From positions 73,470,001 to 73,534,000 of the forward strand of contig OZ024747.1 of the NCBI GenBank assembly GCA_964016885.1: 64,000 bases of DNA. The letters are read 5' to 3'. Shown here in pieces: positions 1-13,673 of the stretch; within the stretch, counting starts at the first letter, position 1; each line of letters opens with the position of its first letter. Below the pieces are notes generated by a model. That model had not been told where the DNA came from. It ran no database searches and saw only the letters and a program-made list of their open reading frames with translations. Position numbers and translations under genes: made by a program. The stretch comes from Eledone cirrhosa (lineage: Eukaryota).

Positions 1-1625
1 CAGATCTTTCTGTCTTAAAAGGGAATGATGTATTAGATAATGAATTTATAAAAAGAAGACTCGAACAAGGCTAAGACCTCTTTGATCATGGGGTTCTATT
101 AAGTTGGAGATAAGCAATTATATTCTTAATCGCCTTTCTCATTCATCTTCACATGATCGATAAAATAAAATACCAGGTTAGTCTCAGGATACGCTACACC
201 CTTATATGTGCCTCTTTTAGAAATCAATAATTGTGTCTTTTTTTATTTTCAACTTTGGGTTATATATAGTCAACTAAGCAATTATGGATTAGGTTGGGAA
301 TTCCCAACCCAAACATACAACCGATGGATTATTTTCAAGTAAATGACAGATGTTCTTGTGCCAAAATACGAAAAATAAAAACAATATATAACACTGCATG
401 CATTAATTTTACTTTTAACTTCAATTGTGAGAATGCTCGATTAAGAAACGCTGAAACATTAGATGACAGATACGTTTGACAAATATGGCATTCCAGCTTG
501 AGTTTCGATAGAGAAGAACGCTTGTTTTTAATTAAGCCATACTATCATTAGATTCTTGCAAATTATTTTTTACGTCAGACAGTACAGCTGAATTAATTGG
601 AAGTTGTTCGGTACAACTTCTACTTTCGTATTTGCTCAATGTCTTCATTAGCGATTTGCATAATGTTCAGGCAAGCAACCCATTATATAAAAAAAATACT
701 TCCAATAATAGAATACGCTTAACGCAATGAAGCATTCCACTGTTTGAATTATTTGTTTGCTCTTTCCAAATATAGAGCACCACTAATTTTATTGGAATCC
801 ACTCATGTACAATCTTCTATATAATGCTATGAACCGAAATTTCTCTCTGTTTTCGTAAAAAAGAACTTTCTGTTTATGTAAAGTAGTTTAAGAGTGCCAC
901 CTTCCCTAATTTAAGATACTTTTTAAATATATTGATTAGTTATCTTTTCGGTATCTACCTATGATATACTTTGTATAATTCCGTAATTTAACGTTTCCCG
1001 AAATGTAATGGATGTTCACATATGATAGTATATATTTTAATTGTAAAATCCGGAAGAATATACTTTTTTACGCGAATGCCTTCCTAGCATGATTTTATCC
1101 CGAGTATCTTACATGAAGGATTCAATATTTATAAGAGTGTGTACGCGGTGAGATACACTTTCTATATATACATCAATATATAGATCTTACGAATTAGTGC
1201 TATAAAACGAATTCCTTGTCAATGGATTTTGGCCCTCATGGGCCTCCAATTTTAAGGTTGTCAAAAATCGTATCACTACTGAGTGTCATCTATTGAGAGG
1301 AGATTAACGCAAATAATAGTCAAACGATCAAATCTCTTCACAGTATTTGCTCTATTTAACAGTATTTAATCCAAAAGCTGACGGTCTTTACATTTCTTGT
1401 CTGCTTTATGTTTCTGAGAAAATTCCCGAATTAGTGACTGGCGTAAATAAAACCACCGAAACTGCAGTATGATCAGATTCAATAAAAGACAAGTGCTGCT
1501 CTCCCTCAGGAAATATTTCTATGTTAGTTCAGTACATAATTTACGGAGAAATATTAAGTAAAAATGATGTTATTGAACCCCCCCCCCCCCACACACATAT
1601 ATATATTTACATCTCTCTCTCTCTC

Positions 1626-1706
<81 letters not shown>

Positions 1707-2457
1707 GTGCGTGTGTGTGTGCGAGAGAGAGTATGTGTGTATGGTTGAGTCAATTAGCTGAACAATGTATATATTTGATTTTGATGCAGCAATAGTAGGA
1801 AGAAGACGGTGTGTGAGGGAGGGTGGGGGTAGAAACAAAATTATTTTTTATATGAATGTTTAAACATATCAAACACATACCGAACGTAAAATATTGTATA
1901 CACATACAGAAGTACTAGTACAAATATACACATAAACGCACATACATTCTATACTACGTTCATAGAACTTAGCACTGTCATTGTAAGGTTTCTTGTGTCT
2001 TTAGTTTATAGAAAACATCAACATATTTCACAAATGACTGTTATCTTTTCCCCTGCTTCTTTTCCATCTTCACCATCTGCTACCATCTTATATAATATTT
2101 ACCTTCTTCTTTGGAGTGTCCATTACTGGAAAAAAGCCAACAGAGACAGCCTTGGCAAAGAACCAATATGTCAGTCTGAAAGATAACAATTTCTGTCTCG
2201 AAAAACTATCTACTTTGATTAAATTTGCTTGATGAAGTCATGACTTCGTTTTTCTGGCTCTATTTTGCGCTAAGTGGAAAAGAAAAAAAATAGGACACTT
2301 TGTGATATCAAATGAGAGACGAAACTATAGAAAGAATTGAGAAGGGGGGAGATATAGAAAAAGCGAAAGAATAAAGAAGGAAATAGAAAATGAGATAGAT
2401 ATATAGAGATAGATAACTAGATAGATAGAGTGAGTGAGAGAGAAAGGTATATATATG

Positions 2458-2488
<31 letters not shown>

Positions 2489-2526
2489 GGAGAGAGAGAG
2501 TGTGTGTGTGAGAGGGAAAGAGAATT

Positions 2527-2647
<121 letters not shown>

Positions 2648-4826
2648 GAAAGAGAGGGTAGAGGAGAGGAGTATTACGGAAAGAATTTATCATTAAGCTG
2701 CGAAAATAGTAATTTTTGTTTGCTGACAAAATATACAGATTTTAATCTATCAATGACTCAAGAGAATATGCTGAACTACGCAGGTTTGCTTTAGCCCTCA
2801 CCAACTGATCACTGCAAAGGCTCTACATATTAAGGGCCAAATCGAATATACATGTCAATTACAGAGTGGTGTGTAGGTGTGTAGGTGATATATATTACTA
2901 GATTGTAACAAGTAAATAAAAAGATTCAGGATTTCGTTAGACATTTCTTTCTACTTGATTTAAACAGTGTGATTCAGATGAATTTTGAATCAGTGATAAT
3001 ATATTATTCAGATGAATCATATGTAACAGACCAATATAAGAATTATATTCCAAATGAAAATATTTACTAATCTTCTGCTCATATATTACAAAATCATAAA
3101 TACATCAAACAAGAGTAGTATAAAATATGACTCTGGTTAATCACACAAGGAAGCGAATGTTGAAAAATTTATCTATGAACCTTGCAAATAAAATGCATTG
3201 ACTGCCTGTTTACTTATGACTCACCCTGTATTCTAGGATTCTAAATGGGATAATAGAAGGGGACACTTAGCAGTGCCACGAGGATGTTGGATAAAATACT
3301 TTACGCTTTATGTAATCTGATATCAAATCCCTACAAAGTTAACATTTCCTTCCTTTTTTCGAGGTCGATAAATAAAGTATTAATCTAGTATTAAAGTCGG
3401 TGATGTGATGGTTACTCATTTTCTCGCTCTCTGTCTCTGGAAAAAATCTGTTGTGTCAAAACCTGGAGAGGGATGGGCTACGCCAGGTTTAAATTTTGAA
3501 GAAACGCCAGATATTGGTTAGTAATATTCATTGGGAAAACCTGAAGAAATACCGTCTGTTTCGTCCAAAGAATGGTTATATTTTATATATAAATATTATT
3601 AAAGCGAAAGAATTAGAATAATATTGCCCTTCTCGGGGATATATGCAAATAGACAAAGAAACGATAATTACTATCTTGGAATCATTGTATTTACATACAA
3701 AACACGTTGGAGATGAACACATATTCAGTGATTCGTTGAAACGATGAGTAACTTCAGATTCTCAATATAATGATCTTTCTTGAGGAATATACAGACACTC
3801 TTTCCATCTGTATTCATATAAGCTGTAAGAGCATATGTGATAGCAACGCTAAAGTATAGAAAAAGCCACGTACATTTAAAAGTCATCCTATGGTGAAAAT
3901 ATTAATAAATGTAACATTGTCACAATCTAGACAACGTAGAATATATAATGAGAGGTGACAGAAAACTAATGATCTCCGGTGACAGCATACAAATTACTGA
4001 CCTTTCAACAGATTAAATTTACCTTATCAACTCGGGTATCCAGGCACTCAGACCAATTATCAAGTCTAAAACGACTTAGGAAACACACGGCAATAAAAAT
4101 ACGGATACAATTACGAACATAAAAATGGTTACTAGACTGTACCAGAATTAAAGTGTTTTATTTGGATAATAAGTGAATGATTATACACATTAATTGTATT
4201 TGTTATATTGGGCGATAGCAAAAATATCACGGAGAGAAATTATTATTGTTGTTAGAGCTAAACTTGAAGAGATCGATCAAAATTATGGATATCTTGTGAT
4301 CATATCGACACAATCAAAGAACGTTTATCAACTATTAAGAGAATATATTAACCAATGTTTTTATAAATTTTTCTCAAATGGAAGCAAGTAAAACAAGATT
4401 AATGAGACAGTGCACGGAGACTATAAAGAAGAAAATACATGCCGTATCCAAAGAAGGGCATGAAGAAATGCTATTTTTTTAACAGACTTTTCAAAATTAT
4501 GTTTTGAGTCTCAATACTCAGAAGAAATTCCTGTGATAAGGAAATAAAAATGTAAAAGGCAAACCATACAAACGAAATCAGCTATTAGATCAATATGGAT
4601 ATGGAATTATGCCTAGAAATGTTGGATAACATTGAACGTGCTTGTTATCATATGGAACATTAATTCACACACACATATATATATATGGAAAGAAATAGTT
4701 ATGGTAACCCGGACAATAAGTACGGATTATGGTGATGATGATGATATATGTATAGTGGTAAAACGCCCGGAGGTTATATCCGTAGTAAGTAGAGCACTCA
4801 GTCCATAGAACGATTTCGGTATACAA

Positions 4827-4952
4827 TTAGTTCCACAAACAATTAGGAAACCGTCTTCGAGGACGCTCGTTTCACCCAACGGATTCTTACAAGAGTTGAG
4901 ACTCTGTTGGGTGAAACGTGCTGTCCTCGATGATGGTTTGCTAATTTGTTGT
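4827..4952. repeat. Imperfect fold-back inverted repeat abutting a (TA)n tract, probable Penelope-like terminal remnant
   Basis: ttagttccacaaacaattaggaaaccgtcttcgaggacgctcgtttcacccaac is the approximate reverse complement of gttgggtgaaacgtgctgtcctcgatgatggtttgctaatttgttgtggaactaa. Confidence 0.7.
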
Positions 4953-4977
4953 GGAACTAACTTTATATATATATATA

Positions 4978-5305
4978 TATTAAAATATAAATATTAATAA
5001 AATAGATGTTCTTTTGATCAATTACCTTTTATTATACATATTTTCGATGTACAACAGTACGTTCCCATCAGACAAAATATAATGATACATGACATACCCT
5101 GAGATGTTAAATGGTTAAGATTTAATCAATGGTTAAGATTTAATCATGCCTACCTTGATTAAATCTTAACCATTTAACATATCAGGCTATGTCATTTATC
5201 TTTATATTTTGTCTGATGAGGACGTACTGTTGTACATCCGAAATATGTATAATAAAATGTAATTGATCAAAAGAACATCTATTTTATTAATATTTATATT
5301 TTAAT
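4978..5305. mobile_element. Fold-back element with ~150-bp arms carrying a hammerhead ribozyme (Penelope-like pLTR or retrozyme remnant)
   Basis: Arms are near-perfect reverse complements around catgcctacc. It starts at a (TA)n tract. Its terminal ~40 bp recur next to (TA)n at ~28964-29004. Confidence 0.7.
5206..5258 (+). ncRNA. Minimal type-I hammerhead ribozyme
   Basis: ATTTTGT-CTGATGA-GGACGTAC tgtt GTACATCC-GAAA-TATGTA-TA-ATAAAAT. Core is intact, stem I is 7 bp with one G-U, stem II has one mismatch, stem III is near-palindromic, and the cleavage triplet is AUA. Confidence 0.75.
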
Positions 5306-5399
5306 ATTAATAACTCCGGAAAATTATTTTTACCGTAGAGTTCTTCCAATCTACTGTAAAACTCATTCTTTGACATAATCATTGAATATCGTTTAACAC

Positions 5400-5477
<78 letters not shown>

Positions 5478-5628
5478 GTATGTATATATATATATATATA
5501 TACAGTTAAAGGAATAATATCCTGGGTATGTATCAGACGAGAGCAGTATCCAAAACGCCTGAGTGGGGCGCACTACTCTAACTTTATTAATACAATGAGT
5601 ATATTGCATTGTAGGTATAATTAGTGGA

Positions 5629-5715
<87 letters not shown>

Positions 5716-7824
5716 GTGTCTCTGTGTGTACTTACAGATATACAAACAGAATCACACAGACACTTGTATATATATATATATATGTATGTATATATGTGTG
5801 TCTTTATGAATGTGTAGGTCAGGATAGCTTAATAATTCCACTGTTTGGAATATATAGAGTACTAATCAAACATAACATTAATATTTGATGTTTTATGATA
5901 AACTGCGGTATCATAATTTGTTGCTATTACAAATTGCAGACATGTTTGAATCTATATTTCTAATATTTTACTTTCTATTTATCCATCATACGTTCCCTCT
6001 ATTTGTTCTCAATTGGCTTATTGCCAATCTGTAACTGTTTTATAGTTAATACATTTCCATATTATTGATCTGCCATGAATATTATGCAAATTTAACCCTC
6101 AATCGGATTTGAACTTGGAACAGTTCAAGACCAATCTTTAAATGATATAAATCTACCATCTTAGCCTCTGTCTACTTTGCCACGACTGGCACTAACTAAA
6201 CGAAAAGTTATCGATGTTGTTAATATCATTTAACCCCAGTGATGTTCCAGTAGATCAACAATCGCAAGCTCTCCTGGCATGGCCATCGCCACTTTCTAAA
6301 GCATTGCATAACATGAATTATATTATTCAATATTTTACTTTCTAAGAAGGTGATGCATGATTTGAAGAAGCCTTACTTACTATATCTACTGTTCATTGAT
6401 CTTCCATATATTTGTAATCTCCTATTTCGCTTTAACCTCTTCTTTATGATACTTCCATTTAAAAAAGGCTTTGTCATGGATTTACTAGGGTGTCTTTTAA
6501 GGGACCAGGCCATAAAGAATCCAAAGAGCAAGTATCAGAGACAACTTTCGGGGTTCCTTCCTCAGATGGGCTGCTGTCTTTCCAATTTTAGGGAGGAGCT
6601 CGGCTGTACAGGGTCCAAGGACGCCTAAGATCTCGACGGCGACCAAAGATACTTATCGAACAAAACAGGCAAACTGACTTCCGAAGTGAGGAAAGTGATG
6701 TTGTTTTATAATATATCACCATTGTAACTCTCTCACTACTTCCGTTTCTTACTGCTGCATTTTCTACACGTGTCGCTGCTGTTTAAATTATCAATTCTAC
6801 TGTTGCTGGTATTGATGGTCTTGTTGCATTAACATTATTTTCATTATTTTTAGTATTGCTTATTTTCCTGTACCAACTCATTCTTCTTTTGTGAGTGCAT
6901 TCGTCACCATGTTTAATGACTCTACATTCATATAACTATACTTATATGTATATTTGTATATATGTTTGTATGTATAATAGAAGAGTTACGGGGATAGCAT
7001 GTGTTATTGCCATGGAGTTTAACCTCTCCAGCGGGTGTAGCCCAACTCACTACACTTAGCCAATTACAGTTTGGTAAGGCTGTGTAACCCATCGTTCGGG
7101 TAGATGGCCCTTGACTCTGTGGAATGCACTTGCTCCCCTATGACAGCCCTTATTTTGAGTTGGTGGGTTTCCAATTAGCCCCCTTGCAAGACTCTGGTGG
7201 AGGAGGCGGTTAGGGTTAGGGTTAGTCACCGACTACCCGAATGTGAAACACGTTGTACTGGTCTATATGGTACCAGTAGCAGGCAGAGACCTAATCTGTG
7301 TGTATGTATATATGTGTATGTGAAGCTTGTTTACGTATGTGTGTGTGTGTGAGTGTGTGTGTGTAGGCTTGTTATCATCATATAAACGAAGCACCTAAAA
7401 GCTTGGGTATTGTTAAATAACTAAGCAGCAACAACAATAACAACCACGATACTTTCAATTTAACAATTTTATCACTTTTCACATCTCTCTGTTTCATTTC
7501 CGATATTTTTACATTATTTATGCCATGTCATGTTCAATCATACCCCCCTCTCTTACTCTCACAACATTTGTGTTCAGCCAACCCTTTTTACATTCTTCTG
7601 TCTTTGTTTTCTTGCAGACGAAGATAGTCAGCCTATGGACTTTCCAGCCTATGAAGGAGTGATGCTAATCCTGTGAAATCTCGTATGCATTAATTTCAAA
7701 TGTTATTAATAACTGCATTGTTTCTGTCCATTTTGAAAAAGAAACCTCATTTGGTCATTCCATGAGAGTATCTTGATCAGCCTACAAACGTTTTAGCCGC
7801 CCTCATTAACAGACTATTAGTCAC

Positions 7825-8130
7825 GTGTCTTATTGGTTAGAGTATTCGGTTAACGATCGTAAGGTTTAGAGATCAATTTCCGAAGCCACGTTGTGTCCTT
7901 GAGCAAAGCACTTTATTTTACATTGCTCCAGTCAACTCAACTAGCAAAAATGAATTTTACCTAATTTTAAGGACAAGCCTTGTCACATGCTGTGTCACGT
8001 TGAATCTCGTTGTGAACTACGTTAACGATGTGCGTGTCTATGGAATGCTCAGCCACTTGCAGGTTAATTTAACGTGCAGGCCGTTCCTATCAACTAGAAC
8101 ACTCATCGTCGTAACTGACGTTGTACAGTT
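7825..8130 (+). mobile_element. Decayed tRNA-derived SINE
   Basis: Box A-like ttattggttagag head, followed by gttgtgtccttgagcaaagcacttt, a common SINE core motif. The ggaatgctcagccactt segment recurs at ~40035. Confidence 0.55.
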
Positions 8131-9096
8131 TCTTTTACATTAGCCTCACACTCTTACGCTTACTCTCTCACCTCCTTTTCCATATATTTAGAAGGAGTCT
8201 TAAACAAATTGTGATGTAAAGACAAGAACAAGGTATGAGAATCAGAGAAGAGAACATTTTCCAGGTAATAATGAGTGTTAAATGCTAATTAAAAACTACA
8301 AACACACGTTTCTTATTTTTCTCTATCTTATTTCTCTCTAATATTTCTCTTTCCCTCTATTTTTACCTCCTACTTTCAAACATTTTCCAAATTCTCTAAT
8401 TACTTCTCTTTACTCACATCTCTTTATGTTTCAACTCCACAAATCTCTTTTACTATTATCTACGTTCTACCTCTCTTTATTCGAATATATATTGACTTCC
8501 TCCCACCACTACCGTTCTATTGCTCTTTACACTCTCAACCTGTTGTACTTCACCACCCCCTATATACATTGTTTATCACGAGTGTGTGTGTTTGTATGTG
8601 ATTGTGTGTGTGCATGTGCGTGCTTGTGTGTTTGTGTGTTCGCATATCTCTCAGCCTGCTTCTCTATATTATCTCCATTATCTCCTTCCTCCCTTTAAAT
8701 TTCTCTATTCCATTTCCTGATAGGAATATTGATTCAAACACAAAATAATAACCAATTTTATCATGGCAAAGAGAAAGCTCATTTTAAACAGAAAACTACA
8801 AAGACAAATTTACACTCTAAAACAAACGTCTGAAAAATTGATATATAAGAATAAAAATCAGAGAAATGAAAAGCACCAGCATTTCACTATCAGCTTAAAT
8901 GATTTTTCTGGATACTGGATATTGTTTGTTTATTTAATAGTTTTACTCATTTATCATTAAAATGTATACTTTCTGTATTTTGCACTATCTTTCAGCCAAA
9001 CTGCGGTCAATGGCGTATAGAAGCTAAACTGAACGATAAGAATGTTTAAACGGACGCATTTACAACGAAACGTATAGAAACTGAGATACACATGTT

Positions 9097-9159
<63 letters not shown>

Positions 9160-9189
9160 TTAAATTTATATGCATTATAATATTAGTGT

Positions 9190-9480
9190 AAAGTGTAAAG
9201 CCCCCACTCGGCCACGAATGATGGAATTTGCACTAGAAAGTTCCCTTCCCTGGCAAAAGTCCGGGCAACGTTGTTCTAGGGAAGACCAGTAGTCGCCCAT
9301 GCATACCAGTCTCCCTTCTCCACGCCATCGATGTTGTCCACGGAAATGGCAAAGGTTGGCACTAGTGACGTCTTCACTCATTCCTACAGCAGAGTGAACT
9401 GGGGTAACGTGAAATAATGTTTCTTCTTCAAGAACACAATGCAAAGCCCGAACTCACAACCTCTTGGTTATAAACTCGAC
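9190..9480 (-). mobile_element. Decayed SINE
   Basis: The reverse strand reads as a tRNA-like head (gagttcgg box B-like), then ttgtgttcttgaagaagaaacatt...ccccagttcactctg, similar to the core of the SINE at 7825. Confidence 0.5.
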
Positions 9481-10491
9481 GTTTATATAAATATGAGTGT
9501 GTGTATTCGCAGATGTATATATGCGAGAAATTATTTATAAGCATGTTATACTATTGTAATTAACTTGAAGTAGCATTCTTATATAAATATTTGTAAAGAT
9601 GACACTGAATGGATGGACTATAGGGTTGAATGAATGCTGACGAATAGGAAGCTTATTAAATATTACGACTTTAGCAAGTCTTAATCGTGAAGTGAATAAT
9701 TTAAAATAGGAAGATAAATGTAAACTTTTCTAATGCGTTATGACATCCTCAGATTTATTTCTGTTGCAATCATTTACATATCTGGTGGTGGAAATCATTA
9801 GATAGAGACGTATAGTTAGAGATACACCTAATTATTCTGAATACATATGCGATGAAACTATAAATACGTTATGGTTTGAGAGATTATACATAGTTTGTAG
9901 GTTTAGATTGCTTATAGATTCAATATTCATAGATTAAAATATATTTTAAGGGTGTGTTAAATAATCATTTGAATGAATTTAATATATTCTTAATAGCAAA
10001 AAACCTACACTGTATTATGTTAAAACACGAAAGATGGATTAGTTGACAGAGATCTAATTACACTATATTTGTAATTGAAGGACTGCATGGTCACGACTAG
10101 ACCATCCTCCACAATACGAAGGAATGATCAGTGTCGACATGCTCAACATCAAAATCCTACATCAAAAGTTTATTACCCTGCAATTGGTATAATGAACGAC
10201 TGAAAGCAACCATAAACTCTCGACACTTAAAATATTTTCCCTTTAAAATCTAGTTCTTAATATGCATGTCTCTGCCAGATATTACACTTAGGAATAATTC
10301 ATTTTGTATTCATGTGTGGATCCATAACACCCGATGGAGTGGTAGGTACACCATATTCAAATACGTCGTATCAATTCACTTTTTAAACCTGGAGTAGCCC
10401 ATCCCTGCAGGTCTGAATACAGTAAATGTTTTGCAGGGGAGGATGGAAGAAAGAAAGAGATATAGAGGCAGAATCGACCCCACCCCCACCC

Positions 10492-10648
10492 ACAGTGCTA
10501 GTACTAGAACGGTACTTTTTCTATCGAATTGGAATGAATGAAATGCAAAATTGAACTCGTCGGGAATTGAACTCAGTGAGTAGAGAACCGGAACGAATAC
10601 CGCATAGTATACTATCCGACGTTTTAGCGACTCTGCCAATTCCACGCC
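10492..10648 (-). mobile_element. Old copy of the tRNA-SINE family seen at 23314, 27998 and 42384
   Basis: Shares ggtactt..atcga..gaatgaaatgcaaa.ttgaactcgtcggga.ttgaactcag..ctctgccaat with the younger copies. Confidence 0.6.
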
Positions 10649-10976
10649 AAGATTTCGTATGGTTAATGTTAATTATCTTGTATGAAGTAATTCTGGACAA
10701 AACGTCTCTTGTTCCAGCGAAAGGTATTGAGTACTTTAGAGTATGATAGAATTACAATTTCAGATTCGACTTAGATTACATGTTAGCTGATCTCACTCAT
10801 ATGAAACCGTATTCAGAAATGGAATATTATTTGTAATTCCAACTAAGTTATCTATATCAATAAACATTCCCATCAGCTTAGCTTGTAGTTCCATCAACGA
10901 ATATTGATGGCATCTACTAGTGATAAAGAAAAGAATGTGTTTTCATATTTTGAAATGTTTGTGTCATAAATCATTG

Positions 10977-11033
<57 letters not shown>

Positions 11034-13164
11034 TATATATATATGTGCATATAATTATGTATATATATATATATATATGTATGAACATATATTCTTTTTT
11101 TCTTTTTCGACTTCTCTGTTGGCCTTGTCAAAACTAAATCTGTTTAAGTGCCTCGGCTCTGCGCGAACAGCGTAATGTGTTGCAAAATTTTCTTTTCTTT
11201 CAAATCGATCATATATTTAAGAGTTATTCTTTCCTATACTTCTCAGCATTTCTATTGTTTCCAGAGACTTTTGTGTCAAAATTATTTTTCTTTCACTCGT
11301 AAAATAGTTTATGTTAGTTTTATACTTACAGATTTTATTTATCTCTACAGCTTTCATATGGAGTACAAGGTTAAATATATTACAGATTTTTATCGCTTAA
11401 AACTTTTTTCTTCTTACCCCTGAAAAATATAACATAAAATTTTCTATTCTCGTTCTTAACTACTTGGTTGGTCGAAATATTCATGGAAATGTTTATGATG
11501 TAAATATTTAAGTTCACTATAAATTTATTTACTCGATTTTATTTCCTTAATTATTCAAAAAATATTTGTTTAGAGATCCAGAGGTATATATTCCGTTATA
11601 TAATGTACCATAGTATGTATAGGGAGTAGAAAAATATACACGATTTGTTTTTGTGAATATCAATGCATTAAAGCAATGTATGGAGTCCAAGTTGTAGGCT
11701 ACAGCTTTTCAAGCATGTAGCAGGGAGTTTGCAAAGAAGAGCATTTTCAAGAAAAATAACATAGTTGTATGAATGTCATTTCTTAAAAGGTGGGTGATTG
11801 TAGCGAGAGTGACCCGGGTGGAGTGGTCTACTCTGACCATGCGCCTGTAGGCTGGAGTATTTTGAAAGACCAGGGGCACCTTCCGAAGGTGATCTTGGAG
11901 ATTATGGTGGTTAAGGATATATAGGGTGTCTAAGTTACCCTGGATGGTGTTTCACTCATTGGAGAATTTTTATTGTTATAATTCTGTTTAGTGTTGTCAG
12001 ATATATTTGTTTAAACTTTTTGAATTTGTTCATCCTTGTGTAAACCCCTCTTTCCCTGTCTATTACATTGCTCCCTCTATGTAGGCCCTTGTTGTCAATA
12101 AAGAAAAAATATTATTACTTAATGTTTGAGGGAATGTGATGCCTTGTGAGAATGTTCTAACAAATTATATATTGTATTGCTAGTTTTTTGATGGAGTTAC
12201 TTTCGGTTTTTATTAGTAATGTGTTGATGCCGTTTACTAAGTGGATTTGTACCCTTCCAGCTGTGCATTTTGCAAACACGATGATGGAAATATCTATATT
12301 GTAACTGTCTTCATGCCTCTAATTCTCTTTCTAAAGTCAATGTTTTTCAACTCTATTCTGCTTTAAAGTATAGTCATTTAATATTATCACGTCCATTATA
12401 CACATACTATTGTGAATTTTATTAAGGAAATGTTTCTTCTTATCAGTAACTATCAATGTCTTTACAGAAATCATCATGTACCACTCAATTTTCTGTCAGT
12501 TACTAACATCATGATAATACGCCTTTCTTAACGTTATTATTCTTGATAATTCAACAGATACGTTGGTCTAATTCCTTACCTATTGCATTGATGACGTACA
12601 ACATTACCATCGATTTGTAATGCTATGTTCATAATTAGCTTACTGGTTTTATTTCTGACATGGAAAACGATTTCCCGCGTATCACATTCTCTCGGGTTAT
12701 GTCTGTATACTAAAGCCACATAGTATTTTCAATAATACTTGGTATATTGCTCAGATTATTCCGGTTATATATAAAAGATAGCAAATTTAATTTCCTTACT
12801 GTTGGTACTAATTTTCATTTGTGGATTAGAGCAACGTCCAATGAATTGCTTTTCGTCCTGTCTGATTTTAGAACCATGGTTTGTAGGAGAGCGTGACTAG
12901 TTCTCTGGCCACTTGTCTGCGCATCTTTACATATAAAAGGCAGTTAATACGTTTGCCTGCTACATTTGCAAATTACAAGGACACCTGCTGTGTTTACCCT
13001 TGTTGACGGGTTTATAAAATATTAGCAAATTGTATAAAACCGCCGGAAAAGAGCTCAAACTTATTCTTTACGACATCAACCGTTTGTGAACAACCATAAC
13101 CCCTACACTTCACACGATATTTTAGTGAAGAGGATCCCATTATAAATATATTAAAATAAATATG

Positions 13165-13430
13165 GCTTTGTTCATGTTGTTGTTGTTGCTGTCTTTGTTG
13201 ATGTTGGTGTTGCTGTCTTTGTTGGTGTTGTTGTTGCTGTCTTTGTTGATGTTGTTGTTGCTGTCTTTGTTGATGTTGGTGTTGTTGTTGCTGTCTTTGT
13301 TGGTGTTGTTGTTTATGTCTTTGTTGATGTTGTTGTTGTTGTTGTCTTTGTTCATATTGTTGTTGTTGCCGTCTTTGTTGATGTTGTTGTTGGTGGTGGT
13401 GTTGCAAATTTTGTTGTTGCATGTTGTGTT
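13165..13430. repeat. Degenerate (TTG)n-based minisatellite
   Basis: Repeating unit of about gtctttgttgatgttgttgttgct. The Q/N/L-rich ORFs here are repeat translations. Confidence 0.9.
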
Positions 13431-13586
13431 TGTAATTATTCCATCTGTCCACAGTGATGTTTGTTGTTTCCTTATCTTTCTACTCAACTTTTAGGTCACT
13501 GTCACGTGATGACAGACTCGATGTTGGGGTCCGTTTCGTCCATGCCTTTTTTAAAGAAAATAAAACATAAAGCAGTTGAAACGTCC

Positions 13587-13673
13587 AAAAATAAGGTTCT
13601 AAGACTTCCGTCTTTGCCCTGTGAAATCTCTCCTTCACAGGGCAAAGACGGAAGTCTTAGGACCCTATATTTT
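13587..13673. repeat. Hairpin with a perfect 27-bp stem and 8-nt loop
   Basis: ctaagacttccgtctttgccctgtgaa (13599-13625) pairs with ttcacagggcaaagacggaagtcttag (13634-13660), with imperfect extension outward. Confidence 0.85.

Noticed and set aside
3750-4620. Possible R4/NeSL-type LINE C-terminal region (HISC..YRKSH, IIVVRAK, EIPVI)
   Set aside because: Too degenerate to support without a profile search.
5525-5580. Hammerhead-like CAGACGA...CAAAA between (TA)n tracts
   Set aside because: Both core halves are mutated and no convincing stems remain.
7210-7225. TTAGGG telomere-like repeats
   Set aside because: Fewer than three copies, inside what looks like repeat-derived sequence.
13012-13494. 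Poly-Q, N-rich and poly-L ORFs
   Set aside because: They come from a TTG minisatellite, with no domain or splice support.
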